This document shows, piece after piece, positions 40,942 to 50,790 of a stretch of DNA of 64,000 nucleotides (positions within the stretch are counted from its first letter, which is position 1; each line of letters opens with the position of its first letter). Source of the DNA: an uncultured Gemmatimonadales bacterium (GTDB lineage Bacteria > Gemmatimonadota > Gemmatimonadetes > Gemmatimonadales > GWC2-71-9); the NCBI GenBank assembly GCA_963795085.1, contig CAWCFX010000006.1, positions 352,001 through 416,000 of the forward strand, in the 5' to 3' direction. The notes beneath the pieces were generated by a model. It did not search any database. It saw only the letters and a program-made list of their open reading frames with translations, and was not told the origin of the DNA. Made by a program: the position numbers and the translations under genes.

Positions 40942-42207
40942 ATGACTGAAGCTGAAGCCATTGCCATGGACCGCGCCGATCCGCTCGCCGGCTTCCGGGA
41001 CGAGTTCCACCTGCCGCTCCGGCCCGACGGCACCCCGTGGATCTATTTCGTCGGCAACTCGCTGGGGTTGATGCCCCGGGCGGCGCGGGCCATCGTGGAC
41101 CAGGAACTGGACGACTGGGCGGCGCTCGGCGTGGAAGGCCACTTCCACGGGAAGACGCCGTGGTTTTCCTACCACGAAGTGTTCCGGGAGCAGGGGGCCC
41201 GCCTGGTGGGCGCCCGGCCGGGCGAGGTGGTCATGATGAACTCGCTCACGGTGAACCTCCATTTCATGCTGGCCACGTTCTACCAGCCGGCCACGGGCCG
41301 CAGCATCATCCTGGCCGAAGAGGGCGCCTTTCCCTCCGACACCTACGCGCTGGAAACTCACATCCGGCACCGTGGCTTCGACCCGGCGACCAGCCTGCTG
41401 CCGCTCCGGCCCCGGACCGGCGAGACCCTCCTCCGCACCGGGGACATCGAGGCGCTCCTCGAGGAGCGGGGGCAGGAGATCGCGCTGGTGATGCTGGGCG
41501 GGGTGAACTACTACACCGGGCAGCTCCTGGACCTGGGAAGGATTGCCGAGGCGGCCCGGCGGCAGGGGTGCATGGTGGGGTACGACCTCGCCCACGCCGC
41601 CGGCAACGCGCCGCTCTCGCTGCACGACTGGGACGTGGACTTCGCGGTGTGGTGCTCCTACAAGTACCTGAACGCCGGCCCTGGCGCCATCGCCGGGTGC
41701 TTCGTGCATGAACGGCATGGCCACAACCCGAAGCTGCCGCGGCTGGCCGGCTGGTGGGGCAACCCGCCGGACACCCGGTTTCAGATGCACCTGAACGAGC
41801 ACTTCGAGCCCGCGCCCGGGGCCGACGGGTGGCAGGTCAGTAACCCGCCGATCCTGAGCCTGGCGCCGCTCCAGGCCTCCCTCGAGCAATTCGACCGGGC
41901 CGGAATGCCCGCCCTCCGCAGGAAATCGCTGGCCCTGACCGGCTACCTGGCCACCCTGCTCGGCCGGCTTCCCGCCGGCCGCCTGGAGATCATCACGCCG
42001 GCGGACCCGGAGGCCCGCGGCTGCCAACTCTCGCTCCGAGTGCGGGAAGGGGGCCGCGAACTCTTCAATCGGCTGCAGGAAGCCGGCGTGCTCGGTGACT
42101 TCCGGAACCCCGACGTGATCCGGGTCGCCCCGGTGCCCCTGTACAACACCTTCCACGAAGCCTGGCGTTTCGCCGAGATCCTGCGGGACGCGCTCGACCG
42201 CGCATGA
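40942..42207 (+). CDS. kynU: Kynureninase
   Basis: YF.GNSLGLMP, FPSD.Y, DLAHAAGN, WCSYKYLNAGPG. Confidence 0.95.
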   Translation: MTEAEAIAMDRADPLAGFRDEFHLPLRPDGTPWIYFVGNSLGLMPRAARAIVDQELDDWAALGVEGHFHGKTPWFSYHEVFREQGARLVGARPGEVVMMNSLTVNLHFMLATFYQPATGRSIILAEEGAFPSDTYALETHIRHRGFDPATSLLPLRPRTGETLLRTGDIEALLEERGQEIALVMLGGVNYYTGQLLDLGRIAEAARRQGCMVGYDLAHAAGNAPLSLHDWDVDFAVWCSYKYLNAGPGAIAGCFVHERHGHNPKLPRLAGWWGNPPDTRFQMHLNEHFEPAPGADGWQVSNPPILSLAPLQASLEQFDRAGMPALRRKSLALTGYLATLLGRLPAGRLEIITPADPEARGCQLSLRVREGGRELFNRLQEAGVLGDFRNPDVIRVAPVPLYNTFHEAWRFAEILRDALDRA

Positions 42208-43526
42208 CCGACGAGGCGACCGGGTTCACCGTGATCGGAGCCGGGCTGGCCGGCTCGCTCATGGCCATCCTGCTGGGCCGGGCCGGCCACCGGGTGCAGA
42301 TCTACGAGCGGCGGCCCGATCCCAGGCTGGCGGGGGCCGAAGGCGGACGCAGCATCAACCTCGCCATCTCGACCCGGGGGCTCCACGCGCTCGACCAGGT
42401 AGGATTGAAAGACGCGGTGCTTGCCAGCGCGGTTCCGATGCGGGGCCGGATGATCCACTCCGCGACCGGCCACCTCACCTATCAGCCCTACGGCGAAGCC
42501 GGCCAGGCGATCAACTCGGTGAGCCGGTCCGGGCTCAACCAGCTGCTGCTCGAGGCGGCCGAACGGGAGACCGGCCAGGGGATTCACTTCGGCCACCGGC
42601 TGGGCGGGCTCGATTTCGACCGCGGCAGCCTCTCCTTCACCGGCCCGGACGGCAATCCCCGCGAGGTGCAGGCCGATGCGATCGTCGGCGCCGACGGCGC
42701 CTTCTCGGCGGTGCGCGGCCAGATGCAGGTCCGCGACCGGTTCAGCTATGCGCAGAGCTATCTCGAGCACGGGTACAAGGAGCTGTACATCCCGCCGGGG
42801 CCCGACGGCAGCTTCCAGATGGAGCCCCACGCGCTCCACATCTGGCCCCGGGGCGGCTACATGATGATCGCGCTGCCCAACCAGGACGGCAGCTTCACCT
42901 GCACGCTCTTCTGGGCATTCGACGGCCCCAACAGCTTCGCGCGGATCCAGAACGAAGGCGACCTGCTGCGGTTCTTCCCGGCCACCTATCCGGACGCGGC
43001 GCCATTGATGCCGACACTGGCGCAGGATTTCTTCGCCAACCCCACCGGCTCGCTGGTCACCATTCGCTGCTCGCCCTGGCACGTGGGCGGCCGCGCGGTG
43101 CTGCTGGGCGATGCGGCCCACGCCCTGGTGCCCTTCTACGGCCAGGGCGCCAACGCCGCCTTCGAGGACTGCGCGGTGCTGGACCGCTGCCTCCGGGACG
43201 CGGGACGCGACCGCGCGAAGGCTTTCGCCGCCTTCGAGCGGGCCCGGAAGGTCCACGCCGAGGCGATCGCGGACCTGGCGCTGGCCAACTTCGTCGAAAT
43301 GCGGGACCACGTCGCCTCGCCGCTCTTCCTCTTCAAGAAGAAGGTGGAGAAGCTCCTGCACCGCCTGGCGCCGAACGGCTTTCTCCCGCTCTACACCATG
43401 GTATCCTTCACCACGATCCCCTACGCCGACGCGGTGAACCGCGCCGCCCGGCAGGACCGCTGGCTCAAGGCGGGAGCCATCCTCGCCGTCCTGGCGCTGG
43501 CCTGGGCGGCCTGGTGCCTTGCCTGA
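42204..43526 (+). CDS. kmo: Kynurenine 3-monooxygenase
   Basis: GRSINLAIS.RG, GYKEL, HIWPRG, DAAHA.VPFYGQG. Confidence 0.95.
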   Translation: MTDEATGFTVIGAGLAGSLMAILLGRAGHRVQIYERRPDPRLAGAEGGRSINLAISTRGLHALDQVGLKDAVLASAVPMRGRMIHSATGHLTYQPYGEAGQAINSVSRSGLNQLLLEAAERETGQGIHFGHRLGGLDFDRGSLSFTGPDGNPREVQADAIVGADGAFSAVRGQMQVRDRFSYAQSYLEHGYKELYIPPGPDGSFQMEPHALHIWPRGGYMMIALPNQDGSFTCTLFWAFDGPNSFARIQNEGDLLRFFPATYPDAAPLMPTLAQDFFANPTGSLVTIRCSPWHVGGRAVLLGDAAHALVPFYGQGANAAFEDCAVLDRCLRDAGRDRAKAFAAFERARKVHAEAIADLALANFVEMRDHVASPLFLFKKKVEKLLHRLAPNGFLPLYTMVSFTTIPYADAVNRAARQDRWLKAGAILAVLALAWAAWCLA

Positions 43527-44346
43527 TCATGCCGTTCAGCCGAACCCCGGAGCGCATGCCGTCATGACCCTGACCTACCCGGACTACCTGCAGCTGACCC
43601 GGCTGCTCGACCTGCAGACGCCGCGCTCCGACCCGGCCGAGCATGACGAGATGCTGTTCATCGTCATCCACCAGGTGTACGAGCTGTGGTTCAAGCTGGT
43701 GCTGCATGAACTGGAAAAAGCGCAGCGGGATCTCGAGGCCAATGACCTCTACGGCGCCATCGCCACCTTCAAGCGGGTCCGCACCGTCATGAAGACGCTG
43801 GTCGGCCAGCTCGACATCCTGGAGACCATGACGCCGATGTCCTTCTCGTCCTTCCGGGACCGGCTCGACACGGCGTCCGGCTTCCAGTCGGTGCAGTTCC
43901 GGGAGCTGGAGTTCATCCTGGGGAACAAGAAGGCGCGGGCCCTGGAGATGTTGGAGGAGAATTCCGAGGAGCGGACCCGGCTGGAGCGGCGGTACGGGCA
44001 GCGGACCGTGGTGGACTCGTTCTACCGTTTCCTCGCCCAGCGCGGTGTCACGGTGCCCGGGGCGCTGCTGGAGCGGGATCTCACCCAGCCCAACGAACCC
44101 AGCGAGCCGCTGCAGGAATCGCTCTTCCAGGCCTACCGGACCCAGCCCGACCTGGTGATCCTGCTCGAACTGATGACCGATTTCGACGAAGGCCTGCAGG
44201 AGTGGCGCTACCGGCACGTGAAGCTGGCGGAGCGGACCATCGGCGCCAAGAAGGGGACCGGCGGCTCGGCCGGGGTGGAGTTCCTGAAACAGTCGCTCTT
44301 TCGCCCGGTGTTCCCCGACCTCTGGGCGATAAGGCATAAGATGTAG
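43519..44346 (+). CDS. kynA: Tryptophan 2,3-dioxygenase (start may be 43564)
   Basis: Y.DYLQL, HDEMLFIVIHQ.YELWFK, SGFQS.QFR, GTGGS.GV. Confidence 0.95.
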   Translation: MPDHAVQPNPGAHAVMTLTYPDYLQLTRLLDLQTPRSDPAEHDEMLFIVIHQVYELWFKLVLHELEKAQRDLEANDLYGAIATFKRVRTVMKTLVGQLDILETMTPMSFSSFRDRLDTASGFQSVQFRELEFILGNKKARALEMLEENSEERTRLERRYGQRTVVDSFYRFLAQRGVTVPGALLERDLTQPNEPSEPLQESLFQAYRTQPDLVILLELMTDFDEGLQEWRYRHVKLAERTIGAKKGTGGSAGVEFLKQSLFRPVFPDLWAIRHKM

Positions 44347-44572
44347 GAATTGAGGAAATGGGGGAATTTGTAATTGAGGGAATGGGGGAATTTGTAATTG
44401 AGGGAATGGGGGAATTTGTAATTGAATCCAATTCCACAATTCCCAATTCCCACATTATAAATTCCAACATTCCCTCAATTCCAACATTCCCTCAATTCCA
44501 ACATTCCCTCAATTCCAACATTCCCTCAATTCCAACATTCCCTCAATTCCAACATTCCCTCAATTACAAATT
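44346..44572. repeat. Composite inverted repeat: 24-mer x3 facing 17-mer x6
   Basis: (AATTGAGGGAATGGGGGAATTTGT)3 ... (AATTCCAACATTCCCTC)6 between convergent genes. Confidence 0.9.
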
Positions 44573-44997
44573 CAAATCGTTGCTATCACCTTGAGTTCGA
44601 TCGCGATCGGCGTCGGCAGCCGGCTCACTTCCACGGTGGTGCGGGCCGGCTGGTTCTCCGCGAAGTATTCGCCGTACAGCCGGTTGTAGAGCGGGAAGTC
44701 GGCCTTCATGTCGGTGAGGAAGCTGGTGACGTCCACGATCCGGTCCCACCCGGAGCCGGCGTCTTCCAGCACCATCCGGATGTTCTCGAACACCGCCCGG
44801 CACTGCACCTCGAAATCATAGGCCGTGATGTTCCCCGCCCCGTCGAGGGTGACACCGGGAATCTCCTTGCTGCCCCGCTTGCGCGGCCCTATGCCGCTCA
44901 CGAAGACCAGGTTGCCCACCTGCTTCGCATGGGGAAAGGGCCCGACCGGCTCGGGCGCCCGGGGGCTCACGATGCTCCTGATGATGGGTTGGGTCAC
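44572..44997 (-). CDS. RidA-family protein, probable 2-aminomuconate deaminase
   Basis: P.PVG.FPHA, FVSGIGPR, PARTTVEV..LPTPIAIELK; kyn context. Confidence 0.85.
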   Translation of the reverse strand: MTQPIIRSIVSPRAPEPVGPFPHAKQVGNLVFVSGIGPRKRGSKEIPGVTLDGAGNITAYDFEVQCRAVFENIRMVLEDAGSGWDRIVDVTSFLTDMKADFPLYNRLYGEYFAENQPARTTVEVSRLPTPIAIELKVIATI

Positions 44998-45016
44998 GGG
45001 TCACGCCTCGGTGATG

Positions 45017-46471
45017 TCAGGAAGGGCCGAGCGCCACGCAGACGTTCTTGGGCTCGGTAAAGAATCGGATCGCCTCGTCGCCGCCTTCGCGCCCTACGCC
45101 GCTGTTCTTCATCCCGCCGAACGGCACCCGCAGGTCCCGCATCAGCCAGGTGTTGATCCAGATGGTGCCGCAGGCCACCTGCTCCGCCACCCGGTGCGCG
45201 CGGGTGAGATCCCGGGTCCAGAGCGAGGCCGCCAGCCCGTAGTCGCTGTGGTTGGCCAGCGCCACCGCTTCCGCCTCGTCCTGGAAGGGTTGCACCGTGA
45301 CCACCGGGCCGAAGATCTCCTCCCGGTTGGTCCGGCACTCCGGGCCCAGCCCGGTGATGACGGTGGGTGACACAAAGAACCCGTCTCGACACCGCGCCGG
45401 CAGGTGTTCCGGCACGCCGCCCCCGGTGAGCACCGTCCCCCCCTCCTCGCGCGCCAGCGCGATGTAGCGCAGGACCTTGTCCCGGTGCGCCGCGGAGATG
45501 AGGGCGCCCTGCTCGGTGGCCGGGTCCAGGGGATCACCGATCACCAGCCCGCGGGCTCGCGCCACGAACCGGTCGAGAAAGTCCCGGTACACCGACTGCT
45601 CCACCAGGAGCCGGGACCCGCAGAGGCAGATCTGTCCCTGGTTGCTGAAGGTCGAGCGCACCGTGGCGGCGATCGCCTGCTCCAGGTCCGCGTCGCTGAA
45701 GATGATCGTGGGGTTCTTGCCGCCCATTTCCAGGGTAAGCTTCTTGAAGCGGGGCGCGGCGGCCGCGGCGATCTGGGCCCCGGTGGCCGTGCCGCCGGTA
45801 AACGAAATGGTCCGCACCGCCTCGTGCCCGACCAGGGCCGCCCCCGCCTTTGCCCCCAGCCCATGGACGATGTTCAGCACCCCGGGCGGCAGGCCGGCCT
45901 CCTCGCAGATCTCGCCCAGCTTCCACGCCGTCATCGGCGCCAGCTCCGATGGCTTGGCGATGGCGGTGTTCCCGGTCGCGATGGCCGGGGCCACCTTCCA
46001 TGACAACAGGTAGAGCGGCAGGTTCCACGGTGAGATGAGCCCGGCCACCCCCCGCGGGCGCCGTAGGGTGTAGTTGAGCGCCGAGTAGTCGGTGGAGTGG
46101 GCCTGCGACTCGGTGTGAAGAATCGCGGTGGCGAAGAACCGGAAGTTGCTCACCGCCCGGGGAATGTCCATGCGGGCCGCCAGCGTCACCGGCTTGCCGG
46201 TGTCCTGCGACTCCAGCCGGGCCAGCTGGTCCTGGTCCCGCTCAATCAGGTCGGCGATCCTGCCGATAATCCGGGAGCGCTCGGCCGCCGGCAGATGGGA
46301 CCAGGCCGGAAAGGCGCGTTCGGCCGCGAGAGCGGCCCCGTCCACATCGGCGGCCGTGCTGTCCGGGATCTCAGCCAGCGCCTGACCCGTGGCCGGCTCC
46401 AGGTTGGGCAGGTATTCGCCGGTGGCGGGGGGAACCTGGCAACCGTCTATGTAGTTGGTGAGTCTGGCCAT
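45017..46471 (-). CDS. 2-aminomuconate/2-hydroxymuconate semialdehyde dehydrogenase (ALDH8A1-like)
   Basis: DIPRAVSNFRFFA, SPWNLPLYLL, NQGQICLCGSR, DLRVPFGG. Confidence 0.9.
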   Translation of the reverse strand: MARLTNYIDGCQVPPATGEYLPNLEPATGQALAEIPDSTAADVDGAALAAERAFPAWSHLPAAERSRIIGRIADLIERDQDQLARLESQDTGKPVTLAARMDIPRAVSNFRFFATAILHTESQAHSTDYSALNYTLRRPRGVAGLISPWNLPLYLLSWKVAPAIATGNTAIAKPSELAPMTAWKLGEICEEAGLPPGVLNIVHGLGAKAGAALVGHEAVRTISFTGGTATGAQIAAAAAPRFKKLTLEMGGKNPTIIFSDADLEQAIAATVRSTFSNQGQICLCGSRLLVEQSVYRDFLDRFVARARGLVIGDPLDPATEQGALISAAHRDKVLRYIALAREEGGTVLTGGGVPEHLPARCRDGFFVSPTVITGLGPECRTNREEIFGPVVTVQPFQDEAEAVALANHSDYGLAASLWTRDLTRAHRVAEQVACGTIWINTWLMRDLRVPFGGMKNSGVGREGGDEAIRFFTEPKNVCVALGPS

Positions 46472-46485
46472 GGGCAGAAGCTAGG

Positions 46486-46709
46486 GGGTCAGTGGGCCGG
46501 GGGGCCAGTGGGTCAGTGGGACAGGGGGTCAGTGGGTCAGTGGGACAGTGGGACAGTGGGTCAGTGGGTCAGTGGGACGGTGGGACGGTGGGTCAGTGGG
46601 ACGGTGGGACAGTGGGACAGTGGGACGGTGGGACCGTGGGTCAGTGGGACAGTGGGACGGTGGGACAGTGGGTCAGTGGGACAGTGGGTCAGTGGGACGG
46701 TGGGACGGT
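46486..46709. repeat. Degenerate 8-mer repeat (GGGWCRGT)n
   Basis: About 27 units mixing GGGTCAGT, GGGACAGT and GGGACGGT. Confidence 0.92.
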
Positions 46710-46890
46710 AGGATAGGCTGAATCGGACGGCACGTTTCTCCGTACGGCGATATGGCTACATTTATCTCGCCCATCGGGGCCGGGGGTCAACGGGATCAGG
46801 GCCCCCTTCGTATTAGGCAAGTTGCTGGCCGATCGCTATTTACATCGTGACCATCCGGAGTCCTGTTTGATTCGTTCGATCAAGCGCAGC

Positions 46891-47709
46891 GTGGCCAAAC
46901 GCTCCAATCCGCTTCCCCTGTCCTGGCAAAAGCCCTGGACCGGGGCCGCGGCGAGCATGGTGATGCACGGCCTGGTCGTGGCGGTGTTCATCTTCGGCAC
47001 CCGGCAGGGGTCCGAGGTCATGCCGACCGGCACGCCGGTGAACGGGGCCCAGCAGGTCTCGATGGTGTACCTCCCTCCGCCGCCCAACCAGCGCCGGCTC
47101 GAACAGCCGGTGTCGCGTCCCGCGCCGGACGCCGTGCAGGCGCAGGAAGACCAGATGGCGCAGATCCGCGCCCAGGCGCCCGACCTGGCACCGGTGCCCG
47201 AAGACGCCACGCCCGAGCCGGATCCCGCTCCGGAGAAGCCGCCGGAATCCATGGCCTCGATTCCTCCGCCGCCCGCGGCCGAAGAACCCACCATGGAGTC
47301 GGAGGCCAAGCGGCTGTTTGGCCGGCCCCGGCTCAATGCCCAGCCCGACAACTCCGGCCAGATGGGCGCCCGCCTCGGCAACATCTCCGAACGCGACGAA
47401 CAGGCCCGCCGCAGTTGCGTGCCCAAGGCCCGCGATCCCAACGCCCAGATCGAGATGGCGGAGTTGATCGGCCGAGTCTGGTTCGACGAAGCCCACACCC
47501 GGCCCCTGGGCGGCGCGTACCTGCAGATGATCGGCACGCCCTATTCCACCTACAGCGACAACACCGGCCGCTACCGGCTGGTCTTCGACGCGTCGCTGGT
47601 GGACGAGTGCCGCACCCAGTACGTCCGGGTGGTCGCGGCGGGCTACAGCGGCAAGAACCTGGTCCTCGGCCTGGGACCCGGCGTCAACGACATCGTCATG
47701 GGGCGCTGA
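46891..47709 (+). CDS. Hypothetical membrane-anchored protein (TonB-like Pro-rich linker, carboxypeptidase-regulatory-like C-terminal domain); start uncertain
   Basis: S..MH TM helix, Pro/Glu-rich linker, SD.TGRY..V.A.GY. Confidence 0.6.
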   Translation: MAKRSNPLPLSWQKPWTGAAASMVMHGLVVAVFIFGTRQGSEVMPTGTPVNGAQQVSMVYLPPPPNQRRLEQPVSRPAPDAVQAQEDQMAQIRAQAPDLAPVPEDATPEPDPAPEKPPESMASIPPPPAAEEPTMESEAKRLFGRPRLNAQPDNSGQMGARLGNISERDEQARRSCVPKARDPNAQIEMAELIGRVWFDEAHTRPLGGAYLQMIGTPYSTYSDNTGRYRLVFDASLVDECRTQYVRVVAAGYSGKNLVLGLGPGVNDIVMGR

Positions 47710-48796
47710 GCAGGCTCGCGATCGACCCTCCCGGCACCGCCATCCGTCCTTCCCGGTTCATCGTCAGCTCGATGGTATCCTTCCCCGCGCCAAACCACCG
47801 CTCGCTCGGCTCCAGGTCGGACGGATAGGTAAAGAGCGGGAGACTCGCCGCGGCAAGCGCCGCCTGCGATCCGATGCCAGACTCCGGCATCGTCCCGGCC
47901 CACAGGGTGGCGCCATATTCCCGCGCGATTCGATAGATCCGGCACACCTCGGTGAGTCCGCCCACCCGGTGCACCTTGATGTTCCACACCTTCGGGCCGG
48001 CCAGCTCCACGATCTGGCGGGCGGCGCGGGCATCGCGCAGGGTCTCGTCCAGGCAGATCGGCGTGTGCAGCGCCCGGTCCAGCTTGGCATGGCCCAGCAA
48101 CTCGTCCGGCGGGAGCGGCTGCTCGATATAGAGCAGGCCTAGCTCGTCAATGCTGCGGAGCGCCGCCTCGTGCTCCGGCCACTCGTAGGCCCCGTTGGCA
48201 TCCACGGTGAGCGGCAGCCCGGTTCCCCGGAGCGTATCCGTGACCGCCCGCACCGGTTCCAGGTCCCAGCCCGGCGCGATCTTGATCTTGACCCGCCGGT
48301 AGCCCAGGCTCACCGCATCCCTCACCCAGCGGCAGAGCGTTTCAATAGTGCGGTCCTGCGGAATCCCCAGCGCCACCCCGCAGGGGACCGACCCGGCGCA
48401 CGGCTCTCCCAGCCGTTCACTCAGCAGGTCGGCCAGCCCGACCCCGCGGGAGGCCGCTTCCAGGTCCCACGCGGCCGTCTCCAGCGCCGCCCGGGCGAAG
48501 GGATTGCCCCGCACTCCGGTCCGGAGCGCCGCGTCGAGTGCCTCCGGGTTCTCGAACTCGCGGCCGCTGACGCGGGGAATCAGCACCTGCTCCAGCAGGT
48601 GCCGGGCGCCGGCCAGCGTCTCTTCCGAATAGAAGGGCAGCTCAAACGGGGGACACTCGCCGTAGCCGAGCGCGCCGTCCCGGCCGTGGAGCACGACGAT
48701 CAGCGAGCGCCGCACCGCTATCGTACCGCCGCTGATAATGAACGGCTCCACCAGCGGCAGTGACAGCTCGCGCAGCTCCACCCGGTCAATCTTCAT
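47696..48796 (-). CDS. menC: Enolase-superfamily OSB synthase/N-acyl-amino-acid racemase
   Basis: KIK, VDAN, IEQP, CLDE, NIK.HRVGG, DLEPS.RWF; catabolic context favours the racemase role. Confidence 0.75.
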   Translation of the reverse strand: MKIDRVELRELSLPLVEPFIISGGTIAVRRSLIVVLHGRDGALGYGECPPFELPFYSEETLAGARHLLEQVLIPRVSGREFENPEALDAALRTGVRGNPFARAALETAAWDLEAASRGVGLADLLSERLGEPCAGSVPCGVALGIPQDRTIETLCRWVRDAVSLGYRRVKIKIAPGWDLEPVRAVTDTLRGTGLPLTVDANGAYEWPEHEAALRSIDELGLLYIEQPLPPDELLGHAKLDRALHTPICLDETLRDARAARQIVELAGPKVWNIKVHRVGGLTEVCRIYRIAREYGATLWAGTMPESGIGSQAALAAASLPLFTYPSDLEPSERWFGAGKDTIELTMNREGRMAVPGGSIASLLSAP

Positions 48797-49931
48797 GGGC
48801 CTCCGCGAGGTCGAGGAACCGGAGCACGCCGTCGCGCCGGTGGATGAGTCCTTCGCCCTCGAGATCCAGCATCCCGGCCACCAGTCCGTGCTGGGGATGG
48901 AACACGAGCTGGTGCAGCGCGCGCGCGGTGCGGGACCCCGCGGTGGCCGCGTACTCGCCCAGGGGAAGCTGGAAGAAGGTGTGCAGCTGCACGCTGGCGC
49001 AGCCATGCCGGGCGTAGTCGAGCACCATGCGGCCGGTGTTGATGTTTCCGGTGCCGGCAAGCGGGAGTCCCACCGCCCGGGCCCGCGGGCGCGCCAGCAC
49101 CCGGAGATTCCGGTCGCTCAGGTCCCATCCGCCGTAGGCCACGCCGAGAGCGGGATCGAAGAGCCGGTTGAATACCACGGCGCCCGCGGCTCCACTCGCC
49201 GCGGCGGCCTCCAGCATGCGCAGCTGGAACTCGTCATCGAACCGGGCGTTCATCAGCTTGAGGGCCAGCCTGGTGGACCCGTGCGCGGCGGTGACCAGCC
49301 CCGGCACCTCGCGGATCCAGCGAAGAATCCGCTCCTGCTCGTCCCCCAGCAGGTCGCCGGCCAGGGTGGGCGAGAAATCTTTTTCCAGGAGAAGCGGCTC
49401 GCTCCCCCACGCCGCGGCGATCTGGCCGGTTGTCCACTGGTACTCCTCCTCGCGGAACGGCTCCTCCAGCCGGGGGAGATGGAACTTCACCGACGGCACC
49501 ACCAGCAGCGATCCCGCTCGGGTGAAGTCGCGGCCGACCCGGACCAGCGCGAGGTAGTCCTCCAGCGAGCGGTCCCAGCCCCGCCCCTTCCAGGTCACCG
49601 TCCACCCCGCTCGGCCCGTCGCGGAGAGCCGCGGCTCCACCAGCATCCGGGCCTCGTGAATCGCCCAGGCCACCATGGACTGCGCGCCGCCTTCATCCTC
49701 CGCGATCACCGTCTTGAGCACGGTGTACGCCAGCCCCGCCTCGGCGTCCGCGGCGAGCTGTTCCTCCTTGAGCGAGAGCTGGCCGCTTCCCTTCCCTATC
49801 GGATGGGGGAGCGGGACGCCGAGGTAGGACGCGGTGAGGTCGATCCCGTACTGCTCCCGCACCACCTGGGGCCAGTCGGCGGGAAGACCCTCCCGGAACC
49901 GTTCGAAGTCAGACTTGAGACTGGCGCGCAT
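48786..49931 (-). CDS. Dihydroorotate-dehydrogenase-like FMN TIM-barrel protein
   Basis: YLG..L.HPIG..SG, VLKTV, GTGNI, GC.SVQLHT. Confidence 0.6.
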   Translation of the reverse strand: MRASLKSDFERFREGLPADWPQVVREQYGIDLTASYLGVPLPHPIGKGSGQLSLKEEQLAADAEAGLAYTVLKTVIAEDEGGAQSMVAWAIHEARMLVEPRLSATGRAGWTVTWKGRGWDRSLEDYLALVRVGRDFTRAGSLLVVPSVKFHLPRLEEPFREEEYQWTTGQIAAAWGSEPLLLEKDFSPTLAGDLLGDEQERILRWIREVPGLVTAAHGSTRLALKLMNARFDDEFQLRMLEAAAASGAAGAVVFNRLFDPALGVAYGGWDLSDRNLRVLARPRARAVGLPLAGTGNINTGRMVLDYARHGCASVQLHTFFQLPLGEYAATAGSRTARALHQLVFHPQHGLVAGMLDLEGEGLIHRRDGVLRFLDLAEAHED

Positions 49932-50785
49932 GCTGCACGGCCGCGATCACGCGGGCCCGGTCGGAATCGGGAAGGGACGGCCCCCACGGGTCATCGCAGG
50001 AGTCGTCGGGGATGATACTCTCGGCGGCGAGGGCCCAGAGCATCCGGCGGATGTATCCCTCCATCGGCTCGGTGAAGGTGGCCTGGGCAAACTCGTCGCA
50101 GACGGCGGAGAGCCGGTGGAAGCGGTCCCAGTCGGCGGCGGCGTGGCTCTGGAGCAGGTCCGCCTGGATGTCGGTGAGGGCGGCGCCCATGCCGATGAGC
50201 GCGGTGGTGGCGCCCATCATGATGGAATAACCCAGGAAGCGGTCTTCCCCGGTGATCAGCCGCTTGCCGGGATGCTTCCGCAGCAGGCCCGCGATCCTCT
50301 GAAACGTCATCACCGAGTCCAGCGTGGCGACCTTGATCCCGGCCACTTCGGGCAGGTCGAGCAGCGCGTCGAGCACCTCGTCGCTGTACGACACTCCCCC
50401 GGCGGCGGCATAGAGATGAAAGACGATCGCCGGGCAGCTCGCGGCCCAGCCGGCGATGATACTCGACCGGGCTGTCGGCCTGGGGGAAGACGAGCAGCGC
50501 ATCGGCGCGGCCCCGCCGGGCCTCGATCGCCATGGTGATGTCCCGGGCGCCGGCGACGATCACCCTGTCTGGAAGCGCCTCGCGCCAGATCTCCAGCACC
50601 AGGCGGCGCTGGTCGGCGCTCAGGTGCGGGCCCCGGCCGGTGTGGGCCCACACCGCCACCCCGGCGACCGGCTGCCCAGCCATCCAGGCCGCGTACTTCC
50701 GGAGCGCCGCCTCGTCAATCGTGTTCCCTCGGAAGGGCACCGGTACGGCGGGAATCAATCCGTCGGGGATGGGCCGCGGCGCCAT
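49909..50785 (-). CDS. DHDPS/N-acetylneuraminate lyase family aldolase, with a frameshift near 50433
   Basis: N-half (IPAVPVPF, WAHTGRG) in the 49991-51001 frame; C-half (Y, GIKVAT, TGED) in the 49909-50502 frame; one extra C in CTGCCCGGCG. Confidence 0.8.
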
Positions 50786-50790
50786 GGGCG

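Noticed and set aside
47696..48796. Menaquinone biosynthesis operon
   Set aside because: No other men genes are present; the context suggests an N-acyl-amino-acid racemase-type role.
50425..50445. Programmed frameshift in the DHDPS-like gene
   Set aside because: No slippery heptamer or stimulatory structure was seen; a one-base insertion error is simpler.
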